From a candidate division WOR-3 bacterium (GTDB taxonomy: Bacteria > Hydrothermota > Hydrothermia > JBDRYB01), in NCBI GenBank assembly GCA_039803205.1, contig JBDRYB010000006.1, forward strand, positions 32,001 to 96,000: a DNA stretch of 64,000 nucleotides, written 5' to 3'. Both the position numbers and the translations under genes were made by a program. The notes beneath the pieces are model-generated. The model made no database searches. It saw only the letters and a list, made by a program, of their open reading frames with translations, and was not told where the DNA came from. Below are positions 56,522-64,000 of this stretch, in pieces (positions within the stretch are counted from its first letter, which is position 1; each line of letters opens with the position of its first letter).

Positions 56522-58774
56522 CTATCTAAGGATCATCATCTTGCCCATCATGTAGTCGCCATCAGGCTTGGTTATCTTATAGAAATAGACGCCCGAGACA
56601 ACGCGCTGTCCGTTCCTCGTCAGGAGGTCCCATGCCTCTGTTCCGGAGCCAACCCCTCCCTCATCCACGCCGGATCTGTGTTCAAGGGTCTGAACCCAAT
56701 CGCCCGAAAGGGTGTATATATCTATCCTGCACGATGGCGGCAGATACTGGAATTCAACCTTCTGGACCACCTCCGTTGCTGTCCAGACGGCTGAACCGAG
56801 GAACGGGTTTGGAACGACCCTCACCTTGCTCTTCCAGTCATCCCCTGATGATGCAGTGATCATGTTCGTGGGAACCGGAGCGCCATCCGAGGACTTCTTG
56901 TAGTTGTCCTTCGCGCTCTCAAGCGCGATGAGCTTACCCTCATCCCAGTCAAAAGCAGTAACAGCGTAGTAATAAGGGAAACCAGGCTTCGGGCCGTTTG
57001 GATTATCAGCGTAGTCAATGAACTGGTGGGGCGTGGTATCAGAGTAAAAGGTTATCTTATCTTTGTCGTTGGGCCAGATGTCGTCCTTTATCCTTTCTTT
57101 TATGGAATCCGGAATCCCAGGTTTGAAGAACACGGCAAGGGGAGGATCCTTGAACTGAGGCGAGTAGATTGACCTGTAAACAGCGTAGCCCTGGAAGTCC
57201 AGCTGTCCGGAAACGGGATCAGGGGTCACCTCAGCCCTGTTATCCCAGACGAGCTTCACCCCATCAGGGTTAGCCGTATACGATAGGAACGGGGAGACCG
57301 GCGGCACTGGTATCTGCCAGTGCGGGGACTCGTTGGGGCCTGATGGGTGAGCGGGATCATAGCCTGAGCCGGTGTAGTAAGCAATGAGGCCAACATCAAC
57401 CAGGTTCCTCACTCCCGGCATCCACTTGCCTCCTCTCCAATAGTAATCGTTTCCGCCGGAAAGACCCATTCCAACACAACCGATCCAAACTATGGAGATG
57501 GTATCGCCGCTGTAAATTGTGAAGGGCCCGTATGAGTTGACGAACCTGTAGTCAAACTCCTTCGCGCCCAGGTCATATGGCATGGGAGCGAACCTGTAGC
57601 CTCCGGTCGCGTTGTGTTTTCCGGAGAGATACTGATAACGAGCCTCGTCCGTGGGCGGGTCAGATTCCCAGTTCCACCACTGATGGGCGTATGCCCTGGT
57701 TATCCTGAAGCTGGGGTCTCCAGGATCAGTGCTGTCAGTTGGGGTTCCGCTCGTGTATATGGCGGCTTTTGCGATATAGCCCGCGCACGCTCCGCCCTCT
57801 CCGACATCCATGTTTGGGTCAGCCGGGTTCTCCGCATCCCATATGTATGAAGCGTTCCTGGGAAGAAGATAATAATAGTAATAAGTTCCTGAGCCATCGG
57901 GCCTCTCGTATGAGAAGGAATCCGGCATGACGCCGCCGTTGTGAGCGTCTGCCCATGCCTTCGTTATCTCCTTTTCGGCCTCCTCATCTCCCCAGATTAT
58001 GTAGCCGTCAGGTATGCCATCTGGACCCTCAAGGGTTGTATCCGAGAGGATGCAGAAAGAGTCCTGCTCCGATGGGTTGTAGCTGAAGCTAGCCCACTCG
58101 CCGAATGTGTAGCCGTCAAAAGCGACCAGGTCATCTATGTGCGGGTCAGTTGGGTCCGCTCCGCAGTTGTCAGAGTCATATACCCATGCAACGAAGACAT
58201 TCTCCAGGGGATCCGGAGAACCGCAGTCGTTCTCGTCCTTGTTGTAGGTTATCAGGATCTCGTTCCCAAAGAGGGAGGCGTATGGCATGTGAGGCCAGGA
58301 AAGGGTTCTCTCTATCACCTTCACGCCCAGGTGTCTACCGCTGGTGTTGTATGTGTTGTCAAGGAAGTCGTGATATATGGCCACAACATCAAGAGCGGAT
58401 TTCCCAGGTCCTATGAAGTAGAAGCCTTGAACGGTATTTTCATCAGAGGGACCCCATTCCCACTCTCCATACTCGGTCTGGGTCACGAAGGTATCAGAAC
58501 CTATGACGGTTCCAACCCAGAACTTTCCCTGCCACTGGTAATAAACATTTACCCCGGGTGCCCATCCGGGCCAAGAATACGACGGCCCTATTTCGTTGGG
58601 CGCGTCGCCATCCTCGCCCCTGTTCCAGACGGTGTTCCAGAGCTCCCCTTTGTCAATCGCGTATTTGCTGACGGCCGTGAGGCCAAACGGAACATATCCT
58701 CCGTCCGGAACGCCTACGGTTCTGGCAGAGGAAAGCCCTGCCAGCACGCACATAGCAATTAAGGCCTTTTTCAT
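56522..58774 (-). CDS. Secreted acidic protein with Fn3-like module and T9SS-type CTD
   Basis: Signal peptide; PPVSP...LVWD...FQGYAVYRS...YYYAVTAFD; CTD VVPNPF...IYTLSGDWV...WDL...SGVYFY...GKMMILR. AAGGAGG RBS before ATG 58774. Confidence 0.8.
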   Translation of the reverse strand: MKKALIAMCVLAGLSSARTVGVPDGGYVPFGLTAVSKYAIDKGELWNTVWNRGEDGDAPNEIGPSYSWPGWAPGVNVYYQWQGKFWVGTVIGSDTFVTQTEYGEWEWGPSDENTVQGFYFIGPGKSALDVVAIYHDFLDNTYNTSGRHLGVKVIERTLSWPHMPYASLFGNEILITYNKDENDCGSPDPLENVFVAWVYDSDNCGADPTDPHIDDLVAFDGYTFGEWASFSYNPSEQDSFCILSDTTLEGPDGIPDGYIIWGDEEAEKEITKAWADAHNGGVMPDSFSYERPDGSGTYYYYYLLPRNASYIWDAENPADPNMDVGEGGACAGYIAKAAIYTSGTPTDSTDPGDPSFRITRAYAHQWWNWESDPPTDEARYQYLSGKHNATGGYRFAPMPYDLGAKEFDYRFVNSYGPFTIYSGDTISIVWIGCVGMGLSGGNDYYWRGGKWMPGVRNLVDVGLIAYYTGSGYDPAHPSGPNESPHWQIPVPPVSPFLSYTANPDGVKLVWDNRAEVTPDPVSGQLDFQGYAVYRSIYSPQFKDPPLAVFFKPGIPDSIKERIKDDIWPNDKDKITFYSDTTPHQFIDYADNPNGPKPGFPYYYAVTAFDWDEGKLIALESAKDNYKKSSDGAPVPTNMITASSGDDWKSKVRVVPNPFLGSAVWTATEVVQKVEFQYLPPSCRIDIYTLSGDWVQTLEHRSGVDEGGVGSGTEAWDLLTRNGQRVVSGVYFYKITKPDGDYMMGKMMILR

Positions 58775-58790
58775 GAAAAACCTCCTTATC

Positions 58791-61700
58791 TTACGGTTTC
58801 CAGAAGAACTGGATTCCAACCCTGGTCACCCTCCGGGCGTTGTAGACCGTCGGGTTCCTGACCTCTCCCTCTGGATCTCCGAAGTAGTAGAAATACTGGC
58901 CGTCATCAAAGCCAGTGATGTAGTGCTGGTTCCAGATATTGAATATGTCAGTGAAGAGCCGCGCCTCAAGGCTCTTGAACCCGAAGTCCTTGTAGAGCCT
59001 CATGTCCCAGTTGGAGTGAGGGGTAAGCCTGAGGGTGTTTGTCTTCTCAAGGGCATCGCGGATGTCCCTTATCGGAGGAGACCACGGAGTGCCAGACCCA
59101 TAGGTATATACAGCGGATATTCCGTAGCCAGAGGTGAACATGTTGGCCTCCAAGGGAACCGCCCATGTGAAGATCATGCTCAGGGTGTGGCGCTCGTCCC
59201 AGTTCAGGTAGTGCTCCTCTGAGTAAGAGAGGGGCAGTCTCGCCCAAGCGTATGAGTAAGAGCTGAACGGGGAGGAGAAACTCCCCTTAGCGAGCTGGAA
59301 GGTGTAGTTCAGGTCATAGGAGAAATACGGGAGGAATCCGCCCGGCATCTTGGAGAACTGGACCTCAAATCCCCTCACGGAAGCGAAGTCCTGGTTCACG
59401 AAGGTGGTGTAGTTGCGCCCCGTCTCAAGGTCATAGCGTTTGGTCTGAACCAGGTCAGAGATGTCCTTGTAGAAAGCAGTGAAGTCAACCACAAGCTCCC
59501 CTGTGAAAGCGTGCTTGACGCCAACCTCATAGGATATGGTCTTCTCAGGCTTCAAAGCAGGGTTGCCCATCAAGGGGAAAGCACCGTTCCACATGTAATA
59601 CTGGTTCATGTAGAGGTATCTGAGCAAGGGCTCCTGGAAGTAGTGACCGTATGTGAAATGCAGGACATCACGCTCGGTTATTGGGTGGGAGATGCCGATC
59701 CTTGGGCTTATATACCAGTGGGTAGGCGCTCGCTCAGGGGCAAGCAGGAGGTATGTATCGCGAACCTCAGGCTGGTTGACCCAGACCGGATCCGTGGCTG
59801 AGATTGTCTTGTAGCTCTTCACGGGGTGCCAGGGGTCCTTCGGGACCCAGGCGTTCGGGTTGAAGTAGTCAAACCTGAACCCGACATTCGCTATCATGCC
59901 CTGGAACTCCATCTTGTCCCTGGCATACACGGCCAGCTTGTAGGGTTTGGCGTTGACCTCATCCGTGTATATGTTGCCTCCTGATGCGTAATCCATGGAG
60001 TGCCTGTCAATGTGGTGCCTGACGAACTCAAACCCCATCTTCATCTCGTGGCCCTTCAGGTTCGCGAAGTCCTGAGACACCAGGTCAGACCTAAAGGTAT
60101 AGGTGGTATAATAGGCATTGAAATAAACCTGACGGTCCCATGTTGAGTAGTTCGGGGTATATATGTTTCCTAAGCGCTCCAGGGTGTCAACCACGAGGCT
60201 ATCAAGGACAGGATCCGAGACATCAAGGGTAAGGGTATCCCCCAACCAGTCGCCGTAATTAGCGGTATCGGTTACCTCTTTCACCACGCAAACGATGTAG
60301 TCAGAGTTATAACGCCCTATGGAAAGAGATGGGTGAAGGCCCGTCATTTGGGATTCCCACCAATACATGTTCAGTTCAACCCAGTCTGAGTCGGAGTCCC
60401 ACTCCCTTATCCAAGTCGGGTCAAGATACTTGCCGATGAGGGCTAGGGCGCGCGGGTCAACCTCAGGGTAGCCATCGTTGTCGCGGTCCCCGTAGTCATC
60501 TACTCCATCCATATTCATGTCCTCATAGACATCCATGTGGGTGTTGAGCTTATAGTAGCTCCCCCTCAGCTCCAGGTATGTCTTTGATGAGAAGAGGTAG
60601 TTTATGCCCCCGACATACTGCCTGCTCTTGTTGGAGCTAACCGGGAGGTGGCTCAGAGCGAGGCGCCAACCCGGATCGTATTCTCCCGCGAGTTGCTGGC
60701 TTCCAACCGTTGAGAAGAACAGCTTCATGGAGTTCGTGGGAGTGAAGGTCAGCTTTGTCTGGTCAGAGAGCTGGTTTGTAGCTGAGCCGGGGAACCTGGC
60801 TCCGTCCCATGTCCAGTCCCAGGATGTGAAGAGCTTGAGCTTGTTCTTCGTGAAGGGGATGGGGGTCCCAAGGCTGAACTGATACCGGGTCATGTTTTCC
60901 TTGTGGTCTATTGGCAGGGTGTATTCCCCATCCTTCCAATACTGATTATAGTAGAAAGCAGGTATTTCCGTGTTCTTTATGCCCATGGAGTCGTATCTGG
61001 CCCACCTTTGGTTCTCGTAATAGAACAGGGAATCATAGGAGAACGGGCCATCGGAGCGCATGTAGTCCCTGGTGAACCACTTCATATATGGATCGCCGTG
61101 ATTGGAGTTGAATATGTCTCCGGGCAGAGCGGATGTTCTCGCGGTGAAGCTTACATCGGGCTTGTTGCCGGCCTCCTTGGTGCTAACGGCTATCACTCCC
61201 GAGGCCGCAGAGCCATACTCGGCTCCGAATCCGCCCTTGGACACCGATGTCTCCTGAATGGCATCGAGGGGGAGAACAGTCGCCTGATAGCCCGTGTATG
61301 GGTTCCGTATCTCCGCGCCATCAACCACGAAGGCAACCTCACCAGGCCTACCTCCTCTGACCTGAAGATACGCCCCATACTGCTTCACGCCCGTCTGGAG
61401 CAATATTGCCTGCTCAACATTGGAAACGGGCATAGCGGCTATCTTTTCCGCTCTTATGTTGGTCACGGACGCTGTCACATCCTTCTTGATCACGGGCTCT
61501 TTAGCTATTACCTCAATCACCCTCGTGGTTACCGCGCCTGGCTCCAGCTTGAAGTTCAGCTCCACCGTTCTATCCGCATCAACCTTTACATTCTTATAGC
61601 TCATGGAGCCGTAGCCTATCATCTGCGCGGTTATGGTGTAGGTTCCTGGTGAGACACGAAGGATGACGAAGTAGCCGTTCTCATCAGCGGCCGTGCCTTG

Positions 61701-61856
61701 GCCTGTCTCAGCTATCTTGACGCTCGCGCCAGCGAGGGGATCACCCGTCTCTGAGTCCGTAACACGGCCAGCTATCTTGCCGTATTCGCCAGCCCAGAGC
61801 AAGGCTCCCGTTGCTGACAGGAGCGCCAGTATCCTGGTTAGTGATTTCATCAGCAC
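58791..61856 (-). CDS. TonB-dependent receptor with N-terminal carboxypeptidase-regulatory-like domain
   Basis: GKIAGRVTDSETGDPLAGA, plug VRGGR...GGFGAEYG...GVI, SPRIGIS, GNPALKPEKT, FYKDI, FNIWN, C-terminal strand. Confidence 0.93.
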   Translation of the reverse strand: MLMKSLTRILALLSATGALLWAGEYGKIAGRVTDSETGDPLAGASVKIAETGQGTAADENGYFVILRVSPGTYTITAQMIGYGSMSYKNVKVDADRTVELNFKLEPGAVTTRVIEVIAKEPVIKKDVTASVTNIRAEKIAAMPVSNVEQAILLQTGVKQYGAYLQVRGGRPGEVAFVVDGAEIRNPYTGYQATVLPLDAIQETSVSKGGFGAEYGSAASGVIAVSTKEAGNKPDVSFTARTSALPGDIFNSNHGDPYMKWFTRDYMRSDGPFSYDSLFYYENQRWARYDSMGIKNTEIPAFYYNQYWKDGEYTLPIDHKENMTRYQFSLGTPIPFTKNKLKLFTSWDWTWDGARFPGSATNQLSDQTKLTFTPTNSMKLFFSTVGSQQLAGEYDPGWRLALSHLPVSSNKSRQYVGGINYLFSSKTYLELRGSYYKLNTHMDVYEDMNMDGVDDYGDRDNDGYPEVDPRALALIGKYLDPTWIREWDSDSDWVELNMYWWESQMTGLHPSLSIGRYNSDYIVCVVKEVTDTANYGDWLGDTLTLDVSDPVLDSLVVDTLERLGNIYTPNYSTWDRQVYFNAYYTTYTFRSDLVSQDFANLKGHEMKMGFEFVRHHIDRHSMDYASGGNIYTDEVNAKPYKLAVYARDKMEFQGMIANVGFRFDYFNPNAWVPKDPWHPVKSYKTISATDPVWVNQPEVRDTYLLLAPERAPTHWYISPRIGISHPITERDVLHFTYGHYFQEPLLRYLYMNQYYMWNGAFPLMGNPALKPEKTISYEVGVKHAFTGELVVDFTAFYKDISDLVQTKRYDLETGRNYTTFVNQDFASVRGFEVQFSKMPGGFLPYFSYDLNYTFQLAKGSFSSPFSSYSYAWARLPLSYSEEHYLNWDERHTLSMIFTWAVPLEANMFTSGYGISAVYTYGSGTPWSPPIRDIRDALEKTNTLRLTPHSNWDMRLYKDFGFKSLEARLFTDIFNIWNQHYITGFDDGQYFYYFGDPEGEVRNPTVYNARRVTRVGIQFFWKP

Positions 61857-61880
61857 AACCTCCTTTCCTTACATGGTTTT

Positions 61881-62543
61881 TTACTTGAGCCTGAAAGCAA
61901 ATGGTATGTTGACCCTCACCCTCACCTTCCTGTCCCCCATCTGGCCCGGAGTGAACTTGCATTTCCTCGCGGCTTCAAGGGCAGGGGCATTGAAGACCTC
62001 GTTGGTTGACTGGAGGATCCTTTCGGTGCCGGGTATAACATTCCCGTTCTCATCCACTATAACCTGAACCGTCACCCTACCCTCCAGACCGGCGTTCCTG
62101 GCTATCTCAGGGTACTCGGGCTGGGAGAACGAGATCATCTCCGGTGCCTTTTCAACAGCGTAGAACTCGTAGACCTCCTCCACCTTCGGCGGAGGGGGGG
62201 CCTCAAACTCGGAGAACTCTATGGTGGTCTGTATCTCCACCTCCTCCTGCTGGGTTTCCTCCTCTCCGGCCTCCGCTACCTCAACCTGAACCTGAGGTTT
62301 TGGTGGCGGCGGAGGGGGTTCCTCTATGTTCTCCAGCTCGGCCATCTCCTCTATTTTGGTCACATTCTCAACCTTCTTCTGGTATGGGCTTATCTGAAGC
62401 CCTTTCACGAACATGAACATTAGGATGAATGCGATCAGGGAAACAGTGAGCGCCACCTGCACATTCCGGGGATAATCGTCCTCAAGCTCAAGTCCCTTCC
62501 TCAGGGACAACAAGCTGATGAGCTCATCCTTTTTTTCCGCCAT
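61881..62543 (-). CDS. tonB: Energy transducer TonB
   Basis: TM anchor, poly-Pro linker, PEYPEIAR...EGRV...VDENG...FTPG C-terminal domain. Confidence 0.93.
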   Translation of the reverse strand: MAEKKDELISLLSLRKGLELEDDYPRNVQVALTVSLIAFILMFMFVKGLQISPYQKKVENVTKIEEMAELENIEEPPPPPPKPQVQVEVAEAGEEETQQEEVEIQTTIEFSEFEAPPPPKVEEVYEFYAVEKAPEMISFSQPEYPEIARNAGLEGRVTVQVIVDENGNVIPGTERILQSTNEVFNAPALEAARKCKFTPGQMGDRKVRVRVNIPFAFRLK

Positions 62544-62576
62544 AGCTATTCACCTCCCCAAAATCCGGGTCCGCAT

Positions 62577-62606
62577 ATGATAACGATAGCGCGCGTCCCG
62601 TGTCAA
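62577..62606 (-). promoter_or_regulatory. Sigma70-type promoter TTGACA-18-TATCAT upstream of tonB
   Basis: Read directly in the exbD-tonB gap; GGAGGTG RBS follows. Confidence 0.6.
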
Positions 62607-62623
62607 GTATCGCGGCTCCATTT

Positions 62624-63040
62624 CTACTGCCCCACCTCCGGCAATGTCGCGAACACTACTCGGAGAGCGCCGGCGTCCCTCATGGACTCTATGGCATTGT
62701 TGACGCTTTGGTAACGCACATTCGCGTCCGCCTTTATCACAGTTATCAATGCGGGGTTCTCGGCTATCTTGGTCTTGAATATAAGGGTGAGCCTTCCTGG
62801 GTCAGGTATCACATTATCATCCACAGCCATCTTCCCGTCCTTGTTTATCCAGAGAAAGCTCAGATCCCTCTGTTTGCCCAGGCGCTCGGTTGTCCGGGCC
62901 GTCGGAAAGATAACCCTCAGACCGCCGGATCTGCGGAAAACGGTCGTGACCATGAAGAAGATGAGCAAAAGGAAAGCAATGTCCGACATGGACGCGGTCG
63001 GTATGTTGACCCGCATCTCCTTCTTTCGCTTTATCTTCAT
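62624..63040 (-). CDS. exbD: Biopolymer transporter ExbD
   Basis: SMSDIAFLLLIFFMV TM with conserved Asp; IKAD. Confidence 0.93.
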   Translation of the reverse strand: MKIKRKKEMRVNIPTASMSDIAFLLLIFFMVTTVFRRSGGLRVIFPTARTTERLGKQRDLSFLWINKDGKMAVDDNVIPDPGRLTLIFKTKIAENPALITVIKADANVRYQSVNNAIESMRDAGALRVVFATLPEVGQ

Positions 63041-63459
63041 GGCCCAGTCTCCTGCTTAATGACCCCGAGGGAAACCGCCTTGGCATCCGCGAGCTTGACC
63101 TCGTCAAAGACATCTATCATGCGCTTGTATGGGGCTAGCTCGTGGGTCCTTATGAGCACGATCGCCTTGGGGTTTTCTTCCAGCTTCTTCTTAACCTCTG
63201 CCTGAACATCCTGAAGGCTTATCTTCCTGTCTCCGGCGAAGATCTCGCCCCTGGGATTGATTGAGAGGACGAGCATTTTCTCCCCTGAGAGCTTTACGGT
63301 CTGGGCTTGGCGCTCGGGCAGGAGAAGCTTAAGGCCCTTCTCTCGCGCGAACACGGTTGTGACCATGAAGAATATTATGAGAAGGAACGCGATGTCCGCC
63401 ATGGAAGCGGTGGGTATTTCCGCTTCCTCCTCCCTTTCTCTTTTTCTGAAGCCGACCAT
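63037..63459 (-). CDS. exbD: Biopolymer transporter ExbD (second copy)
   Basis: SMADIAFLLIIFFMV. Start revised to ATG 63459. Confidence 0.92.
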   Translation of the reverse strand: MVGFRKREREEEAEIPTASMADIAFLLIIFFMVTTVFAREKGLKLLLPERQAQTVKLSGEKMLVLSINPRGEIFAGDRKISLQDVQAEVKKKLEENPKAIVLIRTHELAPYKRMIDVFDEVKLADAKAVSLGVIKQETGP

Positions 63460-63460
63460 A

Positions 63461-64000
63461 TCACAGGTATTCCTTGACCACGCCCTTCTCAGCGAGATAC
63501 TCAACCAGGGCGTTGGAAGCCTCCTCTATCTTGCGCTGATAGGAGTTCGTGCGGGTGGCAAAGATGCTGTAGAACAGGGATACCGGAGCGGCTATTATGA
63601 GACCCGTCGCGGTGGTTATCAGGGCCTCGGATATGCCTGAGGCAACCAGGGTCGGTTCAACCTCTCCGGCAAGGGCTATTGCCTGGAAAGCGCGGATCAT
63701 CCCCGTGACCGTCCCCAGGAACCCGAGGATCGGGCCGAGGGTGGCGCAAGCGGCCAAGTAGATCATCCCCCTGTCCAGGAAAGCGAGCTCAGAGAGGGCC
63801 TTTCTGACCATGGCCTCCTCAACAACTGCTCTGCCCTTCTGGGTCTTCTCAAGGCCAGCCGCAAGCACTTTGGCCACCGGGCTCTTTTTCTGATAGAGAT
63901 ACTCAAGGGCCTCTTTGACGCCCTTCTCCTCTATTATCTCTATAACCTCCTTGACCAGCTTCTCCGGGTTGGCCCGAGCGGATATGAAAAGAGCAAAGAG
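63461..64000 (-). CDS. exbB: ExbB/TolQ/MotA proton channel (5' partial)
   Basis: GPILGFLGTVTGMIRAF, GISEALITTATGL. Frame open to the window end. Confidence 0.93.
   Translation of the reverse strand, partial: LFALFISARANPEKLVKEVIEIIEEKGVKEALEYLYQKKSPVAKVLAAGLEKTQKGRAVVEEAMVRKALSELAFLDRGMIYLAACATLGPILGFLGTVTGMIRAFQAIALAGEVEPTLVASGISEALITTATGLIIAAPVSLFYSIFATRTNSYQRKIEEASNALVEYLAEKGVVKEYL

Noticed and set aside
57941..58762. 273-aa plus-strand ORF (also 60903..61652, 58596..59222, 54454..55029)
   Set aside because: Antisense shadows of well-supported minus-strand genes; no recognisable motifs.

Overview
Gene-dense 64 kb window from a probably thermophilic FCB-group bacterium (WOR-3-like; inferred from T9SS-type C-terminal sorting domains, PorV/PorQ-family barrels and very short signal peptides). 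Housekeeping genes: smpB, amidase, murI, nadK, recN, prs-rplY-pth, recJ, an EF-G2-type fusA paralog, nadE, hydrogenase protease-hypA-hypB. Surface genes: three GT-C-like membrane proteins, DUF2079, GT4-MurJ-like-GT4, and seven proteins with T9SS-like C-terminal domains. DNA repair includes mre11-rad50 and a separate nurA. Main candidates for novelty: (1) an McrC(DUF2357)-McrB(NxD) pair whose McrB carries an AT-rich, recently expanded HEAT-repeat N-terminus instead of a DNA-reader domain; (2) an exbB-exbD-exbD-tonB-TBDR locus with no SusD but with its own PorV/PorQ barrel and three CTD cargo proteins, one of which aligns as a zinc-ligand-less copy of the HExxH peptidase at 19220; (3) widespread leaderless promoters; (4) a ~100-nt minus-strand rod-like RNA candidate; (5) apparent GTAC/ACGT/TCGA avoidance. 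No CRISPR array, rRNA, tRNA or transposase was recognised. All calls are by eye, without database searches.
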